IMG/VR virus record: IMGVR_UViG_3300020202_000068
Span: 1 to 64,000 of that record
Source: a virus
Strand: one strand, 5' to 3'
DNA length: 64,000 bases
The translations under genes were made by a program, and so were the position numbers. Of the stretch, positions 52,878 through 62,754 are shown piece by piece. The notes beneath the pieces are model-generated. The model made no database searches. It had not been told where the DNA came from and saw only the letters and a list, made by a program, of their open reading frames with translations. Every line of letters starts with the position of its first letter. Within the stretch, counting starts at the first letter, position 1.

Positions 52878-55800
52878 TTCTTACTCCCTGAGGGTTTCGG
52901 CTTGGCTGCGGCTACGGCTTTTGTAGCCTGCACTTTCGCCTGTGTCGTTTGTTTGGTGCTATCCACTTTGGCCTTCGTGGCCTGCTTGGATTGCTCGATC
53001 TTCTGCTGGCCCTGGGCCTTATCGAGCTGCATCTTCTGAGCGCCCTGGGCGAGCTGCTGGCCTCCCTGCGCCTTCTGGAGCTGAAGCTGCTGCCGTCCCT
53101 GAGCAATCTGAAGAGCCCCCTGCTCCTTCGTCACGGCCAGGTCCACCTGACCCTTCTCCTGCTGGAGCTGGAGGTCCTGCTGATGCTCCTGTTGTTTGAA
53201 CTGCATGTCAATCTGCTTTTCCTGAATCTTCAGTTCCAGCTCGACACGCTTGGCCTCTAGCTCAGCTTGCAGCTTCTGCATTTCCATCTGGAGCCGCTGG
53301 ACTTCAGCCTCCTGCTCCATCTGGAGTTCCTGCTGCTTGAACTGGGCTTCCATTTGAAGCTCGACCATCGGATTGGCCTGGGCCTCGCCCTGGAGCTTCA
53401 TGGCCTCGGCCTGGAGCTTCTGAACCTCTGCCTGCTTCATCTGCTGATCCAGCTGGGCGTTCGGATCATTCGGGTCCTTCTGCGGGAACATGAGTCCGTC
53501 CAGCTCCATGTCGTGCAGTTCCGCGAACTTCCGCATGTAGCCGTTGGCCGGCTCGTAATCGCCGGAGAGTTCCCCGTACTTCTGCACCATTGGCAGGAAG
53601 CGGGTCCCGAACTCAGAGAAGTTGTCGATGTCTCGATCCTTGTTTGGCCGGCGGATACTGGCCGCTGCGACCTCGTACCTCATCTGCCGCATGATCAGCT
53701 CGTGGTCGGCGTTCTCGATGTACTGGGCCCAGAGAGAGGCTCCCGTGCGGCCCATGAGCGGGGCCACGTCCTTGCTCTTCACGAACATCCAGGCGATCAA
53801 GGCCTCGACGCTGGCCACCCGGCTCTGCCACTCCACGACCTTCTTCTGCATGTGCTCGGGACGCACCCCGACCGCTTGCTTGCGGGCGTTGGTGGTCTCG
53901 GCCGTGCGGTCCTGGGTGCCGCCTTCGTTCTGGCCATACACGAACGGGGTCATACCCATCCGCTTATCGAACAAGCTGTTCAGTAGCTCCAATACCTCCC
54001 AGGGGTCCTTATTAATGTCCTTGCCCTCGACGAGCTGGATCATCTTCTTGACATCCTGATCACCGCCGATGGGAATCCCGAAGACGCTCATATCGTCGCC
54101 GTCTTCGAGCTGCTTCTTCAGCTCGTCGTGGTACTGGCTCATCACGGCCCACATCTGCCGGCTGGATTGCCAGGTGCGGTTCACGAGCCAGGAGACAATG
54201 GCGTTGATCGCCTTTAGCTCACCCAGAGCGGGAGCCAATGGAGGGAGTCCGTATGGACTGTCTGTGTCCTGGTAGAAGATGAGTCGCTCAACAGGCCATC
54301 TATCATCGGTCCAGAGAGGGATAGGCCACTCGAAATGTGATCTAACCTCTTCAGAACTAGCTCCGCTCCTAATTTTGTCGGATGGGCAGTTGAGTGGGTA
54401 CGGGCAATCAGGGCAGATCGCAAGGTAGGCGTAATCACCGACGGTTTCCTCCAGCTGATTCTTGAGCATGTCCGGCATCCCGGTCATCCGGCTGCCGACA
54501 CCGCATTTCGACCAGATTTCGTACCAGACCACCAGGTCGTTCGTCTTCCCGCTCTTCCGCTCTCCGGTGGCTTGGCCTTCCTGGCTCATGGCTTCGGCGT
54601 AATGCCAGCCTGACTCTAGGGAGGCCTTGCCTTTGAGAGCGCCTTTAGGGAGCTTGAACTTCCGCTCGACCTGCCAGTGGGGCTGGATGTGCTTGCGGGC
54701 CACCCACTTACACTGTTGGGAGGTCTTGAAGTCAGGGTCGTAGATCAGGTCTTCCGGGGGGCAATGGAAGCAGCCAGTGAGCTGGAGATCGGAGCCCGGC
54801 ATCGTATAGGGACCCGGGATCAGGCAGCCCGCCCCCTTGAGCATGGCGTCTAGGACCGCCAGTTCGTTATGGCCCGAGAGCCCGTCCCCCGGCATTTCCC
54901 GGGGCGTGTAGTTCAGCCACTGCTGCATCATGTGCCCGACGATTTTGTCGCTGGCACTTTCCTGGGCAGCTTGCTGCTGAATGAACTGATAGAGCTGCTG
55001 ATCGGGGAACAGCTCGGGTGGGATTTCCAGCAGCTTTTTGCTCGTAGCTGTGCGATGCGGTACGTCCCATAAGAGATTGGGGCCGAAAACCGCCACATAC
55101 TCGAAAGCCTTGTTGATATTGATCCGAAAGCGGGGAGCCTTCACTCCCCGCCAGAACTTCTTGGCGTACAGCGGGTCCCACATGGCAGCCGCTGACTTGC
55201 CGTAGAACATGACGCAATTGCCGCTAATTAGCGGCTTGCCGTTGCGGCGTGTGATCAGCGTACCGTTCGGGACGGTGGCGCAGTACACCATTCCGTCGTA
55301 CTGCTCCGTGTGGTACTTCAGCTTAATCTCGTCGCCGGTGTGTCGCTTTAGAGAGGCTCGCTTGCCTTCGCTCCAGGAGGTCACGAGGTAGAGCTTGCCG
55401 CTCATCCCGGTCCTGGTTTCGAGGCCTGGGTCGGTGATCGCGTATGGTGCTGGCTGTCTCTCGCTGATCGAGGCGCTGCGGCCGATCTTGAGCCACAACT
55501 CCTGGATGTCATCGGCAAGCTGTTTGCTGGCTGTTCCTGATATGGCATGGCCGTGGCGGACGTGGCCGTCACCGGCCAGATACCCACGCAGGAACGCGCG
55601 GATCACGTTCTGGGGGGAGTCTTTAACCCACTGAGGAACCCGCTTGTCGTAGCAGCTTGTGCCGAACTGGCGAAGGTATTCGCACAGCTCCTTGCTGGTG
55701 AATGTGTACGACTTCATCAGCTTGCTATACGGCGGAGCTGGGAACCCGACCCGCTTTGCCAGCTGCTCGTAATACCTGCGTCCAGCCGTCTTTTTCTGCG

Positions 55801-56383
55801 CAATGCCAACTCGATATGGAACGCGAGCTTTCTTCTCGCTCTTTTTCGAGCACCAGCCTTCGGCAATGTAAAAGCCAAGCCATTCGGCGAAGTCAGCCGG
55901 GTCGGTGTCGCCAACGAAATCAGGCAATCTCGGCTTAGTGCCATGCCAATTGGCTGAGGTCAGCTTTAGTTGCTCGCTACGGCGAAGGGAGCTGGCTTCC
56001 TTCAGGGCGGCCCGCCCGGAGTGTGGCGGGAAAAAGACCATTCGGTGGCCTGGGGTCACCATGGCGTCAAGAGACTTACCGGCAAAGCGGATCATCTCAC
56101 CGGCCCTGTGGTGACGGACCAGCCTGGTAGGAACCTGGAACTCGATTGTGTCGGTTTCCAGGTTCACGGTCCCAAGCGGCTCGTCGCCGGTTAGGTCACT
56201 GAAGAGCATCCAGCCGGTGCTGGTGAGCACCTCTGTTTGCTCGTCATGGCATTCATCCGCCACTTCCTTCCACCGCTTGCGGGCGGGGCAGGTCAGCGCA
56301 GACTCCAGCTTGGCTAACCAACCTGTAACAATAGGGCGCAGGAATTCATAATTCCTGTCCTCGAAGGCTGCCAGGTCTTGCAT
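52874..56383 (-). CDS. portal protein (P22-like, Q-rich C-terminal coil) containing an intein
   Basis: DAMLKGAG, PEDL.YDPD...CKWVA, RTAET motifs; position after TerL. Confidence 0.85.
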   Translation of the reverse strand: MQDLAAFEDRNYEFLRPIVTGWLAKLESALTCPARKRWKEVADECHDEQTEVLTSTGWMLFSDLTGDEPLGTVNLETDTIEFQVPTRLVRHHRAGEMIRFAGKSLDAMVTPGHRMVFFPPHSGRAALKEASSLRRSEQLKLTSANWHGTKPRLPDFVGDTDPADFAEWLGFYIAEGWCSKKSEKKARVPYRVGIAQKKTAGRRYYEQLAKRVGFPAPPYSKLMKSYTFTSKELCEYLRQFGTSCYDKRVPQWVKDSPQNVIRAFLRGYLAGDGHVRHGHAISGTASKQLADDIQELWLKIGRSASISERQPAPYAITDPGLETRTGMSGKLYLVTSWSEGKRASLKRHTGDEIKLKYHTEQYDGMVYCATVPNGTLITRRNGKPLISGNCVMFYGKSAAAMWDPLYAKKFWRGVKAPRFRININKAFEYVAVFGPNLLWDVPHRTATSKKLLEIPPELFPDQQLYQFIQQQAAQESASDKIVGHMMQQWLNYTPREMPGDGLSGHNELAVLDAMLKGAGCLIPGPYTMPGSDLQLTGCFHCPPEDLIYDPDFKTSQQCKWVARKHIQPHWQVERKFKLPKGALKGKASLESGWHYAEAMSQEGQATGERKSGKTNDLVVWYEIWSKCGVGSRMTGMPDMLKNQLEETVGDYAYLAICPDCPYPLNCPSDKIRSGASSEEVRSHFEWPIPLWTDDRWPVERLIFYQDTDSPYGLPPLAPALGELKAINAIVSWLVNRTWQSSRQMWAVMSQYHDELKKQLEDGDDMSVFGIPIGGDQDVKKMIQLVEGKDINKDPWEVLELLNSLFDKRMGMTPFVYGQNEGGTQDRTAETTNARKQAVGVRPEHMQKKVVEWQSRVASVEALIAWMFVKSKDVAPLMGRTGASLWAQYIENADHELIMRQMRYEVAAASIRRPNKDRDIDNFSEFGTRFLPMVQKYGELSGDYEPANGYMRKFAELHDMELDGLMFPQKDPNDPNAQLDQQMKQAEVQKLQAEAMKLQGEAQANPMVELQMEAQFKQQELQMEQEAEVQRLQMEMQKLQAELEAKRVELELKIQEKQIDMQFKQQEHQQDLQLQQEKGQVDLAVTKEQGALQIAQGRQQLQLQKAQGGQQLAQGAQKMQLDKAQGQQKIEQSKQATKAKVDSTKQTTQAKVQATKAVAAAKPKPSGSKK
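55217..56251 (-). mobile_element. intein with LAGLIDADG (DOD) homing endonuclease, 345 aa
   Basis: E|CHDEQTEVLT..GW, VTPGH, WLGFYIAEG, FLRGYLAGDG, VYCATVPNG..ITRRNG....GN|C. Confidence 0.93.
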
Positions 56384-56400
56384 TTAGGCGTCCTTGCCTG

Positions 56401-56868
56401 TTAGGCCGGGGCCGGCAGGATGTCCGGCGGGCGTCGCTTCACCAGGGGAGCGGTCTTTCGCTCCTCCTGCTTCTTCTTAAACAGGTCCTCGTTCGCTTTG
56501 GCGTTTTCCTCGCCAGCCCGAAGGTTGGTTTCCCGTTTAGCGATCTCCGAGCGATGGAGGTCGTAATCCCCATCTTCGATGTCGCTCTGCCGGACGTAAT
56601 CCCAGGCCCCGTTGTTGCGGGTTCCGGGGTTCGGCTTCTGGTGAATTTTAGCAGAGACGTGGTACACGCCGGGCCTGTGCTGGGGAAAGCTGTTGATCGG
56701 GAAGACCACCAGCTTCAGCCGCCCGGGCCCTTCGATACCGCTGATCTGGGCCGGAACGGGGTGTTTCAGGTCCCCGCCCACGTACCAGACCACCTTCTCA
56801 CCCACCGGGGGAGTCGGCTGGAGGTTCGCTTTGTCCTCCTGAATTTCCTTCCAAGCTACCTCGTTCAT
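56401..56868 (-). CDS. hypothetical protein
   Basis: ATG 56868 behind an AAGGA hairpin. Confidence 0.65.
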   Translation of the reverse strand: MNEVAWKEIQEDKANLQPTPPVGEKVVWYVGGDLKHPVPAQISGIEGPGRLKLVVFPINSFPQHRPGVYHVSAKIHQKPNPGTRNNGAWDYVRQSDIEDGDYDLHRSEIAKRETNLRAGEENAKANEDLFKKKQEERKTAPLVKRRPPDILPAPA

Positions 56869-56997
56869 CGGAATCCTTTCCTGGGGTAACAAAAATAGTG
56901 AACGTCATGTCCCCGAACGGCATGTTCAGATCGTAACGCCCGTCAAGGAGCAGCTCCGTGCCGTCTCCTAAATTCTCATCGAGCCAAATCGCACTCA

Positions 56998-57318
56998 TTA
57001 CAGGTCAATCCTTGAGAGAAGCTCGCCGACTCGGTCGTTGAGGCGGTCGAGGACGTGATAGGTGTGGTTTAGCTGCTCGGCCACCTTGCAGCTGGAGCAG
57101 TCCCCCTGGGCACCAGGCGGAACCGCCGCTGGCGACGATGGTCGCATGATCGGCTCAAGCCGCGAGAACAGCATCCCGATCTTGTCGTCCAATGCCGAGG
57201 CGGCACTCTCTATTGAGCTAAAGGCGATCGCCACGCCGGAGGCTGGCCGATCCGTCCCGACATGACACATATCTCGCGTTGGGCTGTCCTGGTATCTCAT
57301 CTGCATTCTCCCTGGCAA
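56998..57318 (-). CDS. hypothetical protein
   Basis: operon context. Confidence 0.55.
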   Translation of the reverse strand: MPGRMQMRYQDSPTRDMCHVGTDRPASGVAIAFSSIESAASALDDKIGMLFSRLEPIMRPSSPAAVPPGAQGDCSSCKVAEQLNHTYHVLDRLNDRVGELLSRIDL

Positions 57319-59115
57319 TTAAACGGCAGCCCCTGGTCCGAAGTGGACGTACTTGCCACCGTTTTCTAGGTTCATTTGGCTGATCAGGCCCATGGCCGTG
57401 TGATAGGCCATGCTGCCTTGTCCTTTGCGGTTCTCAGGGGTGATGTAGGCCGTACCGTCCCGGAAGCGGCCGGCGATGTATTCGGCGATGTATTCGACGC
57501 ACATCACGCAGTCGTTCACTCGTTCGGCCTCACCGTCGTCCGTGGGGACGCTTTCCCCTTCGGCATTCTTGACTTCCTTCTTACGGAAGCTGCGGACCTC
57601 GCTGATCGTCAACGGGCATCGCTGCGAGAAGAGGAGACGTGGCCAGCCCCGTTCCGTGGGCTCCATGAGGTCGCGGACCATCCGGCGACGGAGGGCCTTG
57701 TCATTGCAGCCCCGCATAAAGCCGTGCTTCGTGACCCGGCTCTCCAAGCCCTTCTTGCGAAACTCTTCCTCATAAGCCGCGAAGACGGTAGAGTCTGAGC
57801 CGACCGAGGTCTGACGACCCACCATCTGATCCATCACAAAGGCCTCGAACTTCAGGTCCCCGACCCGCGAAGCCACCACCCCCGCAAACATGGAGGGCGT
57901 ATGTTTTCTGACGATGATCTCTTCTTCAATGATCAGCCGATTGCCCAGCTCTTTGAATGTCGGGGGCGGGACGACGCAGACCAGGGCGGCGGTGCGGGTA
58001 TGGCTCGGGTCGATCACCAGGTAGCGGGTCCAGTTGGCCGGCAATCGGTTCGGGTTTTTAGCCAAGAGCGAGCAGATCGCCTTCCAGGCGTTCTCTTCCT
58101 GCTCCTTTTCCAGGAACTCCTGCGGCTTCACGATATGCAGGGCCGAGCCGAAGTTGTACATCAACCGCCCGCTAATGAACGCACTGATGTCACCCTGGTT
58201 ACGATGGGCCTCATCGTCGTCGTTATCCATCCGCTCGATCATTTCCTGGAGACCGAGCTTGTCGGAGTAGGGATTATCGACGCTGACCAGACGGAAGACT
58301 TTGATTGGTGGTTTGTTGGTTTCCTTTTCCCCGCCGGGCTCGTACCGTTTGGCCCGCTCGATGGTTTTGATCAGGGCTTCATTGGCGACCTGCGGCCACA
58401 CCGACCACAGGAACCAGCCCCGAGTCGTGGCCAGACGATCCTGCCATTCCTTGAGGTAAGAGCCCTTATCCACGTCCTCGTCGATCCAGATGCCATCGAC
58501 GGCGTCTCCCTTCTTCGGGCTGTCCCCGGTGCTGGGATAGGCGCAGATCGTGGCTCCGTTGGTGAGCCGCACGCTCTTGAAGACGTTGCCGGCCGCACTC
58601 TCCATGTGCCAACTCTTGGGCACGATCATGTGCTCGCCAAACAGCGGCGGGGAGAGCTGGCTCTCGTTGTACCGCTCCCGGTCGAAGTTGGGGTTATAGG
58701 CCCGCCACTTCCTGGTGGTCAGGTCCTGGATGATGCGGAAGTTCGCTCCCTCTCCGAGGCCCGGGGCGAAGAGTCGGTGATAGAGGGTTTGGCCGATATG
58801 GTTCACGTCGAACCCAATTACCCAATAAAGGCCCGGGTTCTTTTTGCTGGGAGCCCGAAACCGGAGTGGTATTTGAGTCCCGTCTTCGCGGGTGATCGGG
58901 ATGCCGAGAATGCGGCTGGCGAACTCCATCACCACCGCGATGGTCTTGCCCGACCGCTTTCCTCCGATGGTCAGGACCTCACTAGCCGACGACTCGTGAA
59001 CCGGGAGTTGGAACTGGGTCGGTCGATAGACGTGGAGCGGGTGCTGCTCGCGCAGCTCTAGCTCTAGCAAGCCCTTCTTGATCGTCTGGAGTTCGTATTT
59101 ATTCGATCCCGGCAT
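57319..59115 (-). CDS. terL: terminase large subunit
   Basis: Walker A GGKRSGKT, Walker B GIWIDE, DNPY, IDPS nuclease motif, C-terminal DC. Confidence 0.9.
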   Translation of the reverse strand: MPGSNKYELQTIKKGLLELELREQHPLHVYRPTQFQLPVHESSASEVLTIGGKRSGKTIAVVMEFASRILGIPITREDGTQIPLRFRAPSKKNPGLYWVIGFDVNHIGQTLYHRLFAPGLGEGANFRIIQDLTTRKWRAYNPNFDRERYNESQLSPPLFGEHMIVPKSWHMESAAGNVFKSVRLTNGATICAYPSTGDSPKKGDAVDGIWIDEDVDKGSYLKEWQDRLATTRGWFLWSVWPQVANEALIKTIERAKRYEPGGEKETNKPPIKVFRLVSVDNPYSDKLGLQEMIERMDNDDDEAHRNQGDISAFISGRLMYNFGSALHIVKPQEFLEKEQEENAWKAICSLLAKNPNRLPANWTRYLVIDPSHTRTAALVCVVPPPTFKELGNRLIIEEEIIVRKHTPSMFAGVVASRVGDLKFEAFVMDQMVGRQTSVGSDSTVFAAYEEEFRKKGLESRVTKHGFMRGCNDKALRRRMVRDLMEPTERGWPRLLFSQRCPLTISEVRSFRKKEVKNAEGESVPTDDGEAERVNDCVMCVEYIAEYIAGRFRDGTAYITPENRKGQGSMAYHTAMGLISQMNLENGGKYVHFGPGAAV

Positions 59116-59669
59116 TAGCCATCTCGTCCGATAATTGAGTGCATAAGCATCATGTGCAGGTCACCATGGCAAACGAGGCCATGATTTCGATTCCAGCACC
59201 GGGGGTACAGGAACGTCGGCCCTCCTGCTGCTTTGTACTTGTCCACGTTCTCGTCACGATCATCGACCAGCAGCCGAACGGGAGACGCCATAAACTCCTT
59301 GGCTGATCCGATCATTAGTCGCTTTGAGAACTCTGGCAGGTTTTTCCTGACCCAATCTCGCTTCCCTTCGACGCAGCCAGCCGTGGCACAGGGGGCTGTC
59401 AGCAGGCAGACGTTGTCAGTGCCAACCGCAGAGTCCAGGACTCCGAGAATGTCCTGGGCATCTGGCATCCAGTCCATCGTGCTCCAGAAGTCGTACCCGC
59501 ATGGGCTCCAGAAATCACTGGCCGACATGCCCCAGATTTTGTCCATCTCGAATAAACCGCGATTCTCTCCATGGAGAAATGGGTTCGGGCGGTTGTGTAG
59601 TTGACAGATGTGTTTCACGAAGTCCGTGAGCACGCCATCCATATCGAGTAATACTTGCTTAATCACCAA
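59115..59669 (-). CDS. HAD-family 5'(3')-deoxyribonucleotidase
   Basis: LDMDGVLTDF, LTAP, K..W, LVDDR..N, WN. Confidence 0.88.
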   Translation of the reverse strand: MVIKQVLLDMDGVLTDFVKHICQLHNRPNPFLHGENRGLFEMDKIWGMSASDFWSPCGYDFWSTMDWMPDAQDILGVLDSAVGTDNVCLLTAPCATAGCVEGKRDWVRKNLPEFSKRLMIGSAKEFMASPVRLLVDDRDENVDKYKAAGGPTFLYPRCWNRNHGLVCHGDLHMMLMHSIIGRDG

Positions 59670-60192
59670 TCTCCTCCTGTCCCAGGATGGCCTTGAGGGC
59701 GGCCCCTTTCGCCAGGCTCTCTGGCGTCGAGCCGCTTAGTAGCTCGGTCATGCGGACGATGAGCGTGGCCTTCAAGGTCTCGTCGTCCATCTGCTTCCAG
59801 TCGTCTTCGAGCTTCATGCGATCCACCTTGGCGTGGAATCCAAGGAGCTTGAGGGCGGCCTGTACAGCCTGAGGCTTGGTCTTCGGGTGATCACCCATAT
59901 CCTTGATCCAGGTGACCACATCTTCCATGAAGGCCACCGGACCACCCCAGGCGTCGTACCCCTGAGACACCATCTGTTCTAACGGACGCAGGCCCTTGCC
60001 GGCTTCGTTGGCGTCGAACAGCTTGGCGATAACCTGCCCGGCCTTCTTGACTCGGAGGTCCTGGATGCGCATGGCCTGGTCAACGGGGACGCAGGCCTGG
60101 CATCGCTTTTCCCCGACCGGCAGCCCGTCAAATTCAATGACAGGCTTCCACGCCAGGCAGCCGGGGCACTGGAGTTTCTCAGAATCGCTCAT
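59659..60192 (-). CDS. putative terminase small subunit with Zn finger
   Basis: helical, A..LL..H.K motif; near TerL. Confidence 0.45.
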   Translation of the reverse strand: MSDSEKLQCPGCLAWKPVIEFDGLPVGEKRCQACVPVDQAMRIQDLRVKKAGQVIAKLFDANEAGKGLRPLEQMVSQGYDAWGGPVAFMEDVVTWIKDMGDHPKTKPQAVQAALKLLGFHAKVDRMKLEDDWKQMDDETLKATLIVRMTELLSGSTPESLAKGAALKAILGQEEIGD

Positions 60193-61885
60193 TGGTTAGC
60201 TCAGCTAAACGCTCCAGGTCAACCCGCTCGTCATCGTTATCGGCCGGCTCAGCGATGATCTTCGTCTTCTGCGTGACCCGCAGGGCCCAAACATCGTCCG
60301 AGTTCTGGAGGATCAGGTCGTTCTCCTTGGCGAACTTCTTCACCAGGCGAGCGGTCTGCGTCCGTTCGAATCCCAGGCCCGCGATCAATCCACCCGGCTG
60401 GACGTTCGGGAGCCATTGCTCCAGCTTGTCGGCCGTCACGCATTGTTCGAAGAACACGCAGTCCAGATGCTGCCGATCGGGCGGGAATGGCTGCTTCCGC
60501 TGGAGGTTGTCGGCATGGATACGACCTGACTCGATCTCCTTGGAGAAAGTCTGGTTGAACTGTTCGGCCGGGATGGTGCTGAAGCCGTGGATCGTGAAGT
60601 TGTCCAGGGCGTAGATGTGTGAACCTTCCGGCAGGGCCGCGTTGATGGCGGCCGTCGATTGGCCCGTCCCGCCGTGAATCACCGCTACTTCCAGAGCCCC
60701 GCCACGGCGGGCCTGGAGCCAGCTCATCAGGGCCTCGACACCTTCCAGGGAGCGGCCGAAGTCCTTGCCGTCGTAGATCGCGACTTTCTTCCCACCGACC
60801 GTCGTGTAGGTCAGAGGCTTATCGCCGTGATCCTGGCCATTGCCGTCATAGCTGGCAACGGGCGTCTCGATCACGTCCGTGGCGTCTTCGTCGATGTCCG
60901 TATCGTCGTCAGCCTCGACCTCGTTAATCTCGGCTTGAATCAGCTCTTTAGCCGCAGCCATCTGCTCTTCCGTGATCACTACACAGTCGTCATCCGGGCC
61001 CAGCATCTGGCCGAGCTTCGGCAGGTCCTTCGTGCAATCGAGCTGGACCTTACCTTCCCGCACGGAGACGGGGTCGGCGAGGGCGTCCCGCATGTTCTTC
61101 GCCACCGACTCAACAGGTGTTACGCGCGGCCGCCCGACCTTCTTGGGCTTGTAATGCAGAGCCCAGGAGTCGCAGGCTGCGAAGCATACGTCGATCTCTT
61201 TTTTGATCGACCAGTAGAGGCTGAGATTGCGGGTGCAGTAAACGTCCTCGGTGCTGTGTTTCTCGCTGTGGTCTTCATTCCACTCGTAATCGAAGTACGG
61301 CTTCGGCGGGCCGTCGAAGATGTTGGTTGTGAACAGGCAGCAGCCGGTCGGCAGGGCTGCCACCGGATGAATCCCGCGTAGGCGAGCCGCCTCATTGCGG
61401 GTCAACAGCTCCAGCTTCCGCTGCGGGTATTCCTCATCGCTCTCGTTATCCATCCACTCAAAGAGGTACGGGACCTCCCCGCCGCTCTCGTGGACCGGGT
61501 GCGGGGGAGGGCCGCAGTAGGGGGCACCGATGACCGTTGGTAGTCCCTGAATCAGGCGGTCGTAGGCGAAGTCGAAAGAGACCGACCAGAAGGGCTTTGC
61601 CTGAGGGTCGTAATCCAGATACCCATCAGGTTCATTGTCACTGTCGAGCATCAGGATCGTGTCGAAGCCTTCGTCTCGGGCAATCCGCACGGCCCGGTTG
61701 CGGGTCATCGTGATGGGTGTGTCCGAGAGGATAATCGGCTTGATCCGGTCGATCCGCTCGTCGCCCTTCATCTGAAGCATGGCCCGGGCAGCCCAGAGCA
61801 TCATCTCCGGGATCACCGAGCTGACCCCACCATTTCCCCCGTAACAGAAGAAGCAAACCAGGACATCGACTTTGGCTTTCTGCAT
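60179..61885 (-). CDS. GT2-like glycosyltransferase fused to a degenerate SAM-methyltransferase domain
   Basis: TRNRAV, MLDSD (DxD), PTGC.L, TEDVYC; C-terminal EV....G.ST, IYALD.F, W...V.PGGLIAG. Confidence 0.75.
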   Translation of the reverse strand: MQKAKVDVLVCFFCYGGNGGVSSVIPEMMLWAARAMLQMKGDERIDRIKPIILSDTPITMTRNRAVRIARDEGFDTILMLDSDNEPDGYLDYDPQAKPFWSVSFDFAYDRLIQGLPTVIGAPYCGPPPHPVHESGGEVPYLFEWMDNESDEEYPQRKLELLTRNEAARLRGIHPVAALPTGCCLFTTNIFDGPPKPYFDYEWNEDHSEKHSTEDVYCTRNLSLYWSIKKEIDVCFAACDSWALHYKPKKVGRPRVTPVESVAKNMRDALADPVSVREGKVQLDCTKDLPKLGQMLGPDDDCVVITEEQMAAAKELIQAEINEVEADDDTDIDEDATDVIETPVASYDGNGQDHGDKPLTYTTVGGKKVAIYDGKDFGRSLEGVEALMSWLQARRGGALEVAVIHGGTGQSTAAINAALPEGSHIYALDNFTIHGFSTIPAEQFNQTFSKEIESGRIHADNLQRKQPFPPDRQHLDCVFFEQCVTADKLEQWLPNVQPGGLIAGLGFERTQTARLVKKFAKENDLILQNSDDVWALRVTQKTKIIAEPADNDDERVDLERLAELTNERF

Positions 61886-61899
61886 TTCCAACTCCTCCA

Positions 61900-61946
61900 A
61901 TAAAAAACCGACCGCTGAGACCGTGCAGGCGATCTCAGGGTCGGCT
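61900..61946 (-). terminator. intrinsic terminator downstream of the capsid genes
   Basis: CCGACC-CTGAGA...TCTCAG-C-GGTCGG-TTTTTT on the - strand. Confidence 0.7.
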
Positions 61947-62041
61947 AAACCCCAGTGGATTTTCATCCACAACAAAGCTCCCCTCAGGGAAAAAGGAGCC
62001 TTGTTCTATGTCCCATACCTGCATATGGGGATTTCGATCGC

Positions 62042-62680
62042 TTAGAACAACTGAACGTCGATCAAAATGTCGGCGTTCGTGTTGCCAGTCGTTTTGGCGG
62101 ACATCGCTCGGGCGAATTTGTAGAGCTGGTTGCTGTTGGCGAACGTGATGTTCGTCGTGACGCCAGCTTCCGAGATCGCGGGAACCACACGGCCGGAGGT
62201 CGTCGAGTGCGTCGAGGCGGCACCCGTCGAGTTCACCAACCAGTCGTCCACCGCAATGACGTTCGTGCCGTCAGCCGCGAGGCCGGTGAGGGCGAGCGTC
62301 GGACCTCGGACGGTCAGCCAGAAGTAGTCGTTGTTCGGGCAGCCCGTGGAGGGGAGCCATTCATCGACGATTCCGGCGATCGCCCGGTCGGGGCAGAACT
62401 CGGCGTAGCCATCCACCTGCTTGCCGCGCTGACCCGATTTCCAGGTCACCGCCATCTTCGGCAGGAGGGCCACACCACTCGAATTCCGTACGAGGATGCA
62501 GACCACTTCGCCACCCGAACGCGGAGCCTTTGGCCCGGTGCCCGAGTAATCGAGGTCTTTGAAGGTCTTGATGATTCCCTCAATGGCCTTGCTGGTCGTG
62601 CCGGTTGAGTCGGCAGTCCGGTTGGGGCCAGTGAGGTAGGTCTTCCCGCGCTGGGGAAGGGCAACAACATTGTCAGGCAT
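62042..62680 (-). CDS. capsid decoration/cement protein (putative)
   Basis: directly after MCP; VRNSSG.ALLP, GIVDE, FWL.VRGP. Confidence 0.7.
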   Translation of the reverse strand: MPDNVVALPQRGKTYLTGPNRTADSTGTTSKAIEGIIKTFKDLDYSGTGPKAPRSGGEVVCILVRNSSGVALLPKMAVTWKSGQRGKQVDGYAEFCPDRAIAGIVDEWLPSTGCPNNDYFWLTVRGPTLALTGLAADGTNVIAVDDWLVNSTGAASTHSTTSGRVVPAISEAGVTTNITFANSNQLYKFARAMSAKTTGNTNADILIDVQLF

Positions 62681-62754
62681 TGTGAGAAATCCTTTTCTCG
62701 CTAGTCAGTTTTTGCCTTTTGGCGAATACCCTGAATCCTGAGGGGTTAAATGGC

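Noticed and set aside
52900-53460. Tandem DNA repeat in the portal 3' end
   Set aside because: Reflects a Gln/Lys/Glu-rich coiled coil, not a nucleotide repeat element.
57901-59061. Long antisense ORFs (e.g. 386 aa opposite terL, 282 aa opposite the amidoligase)
   Set aside because: Shadow ORFs expected from high GC3 codon bias; no motifs or SD.
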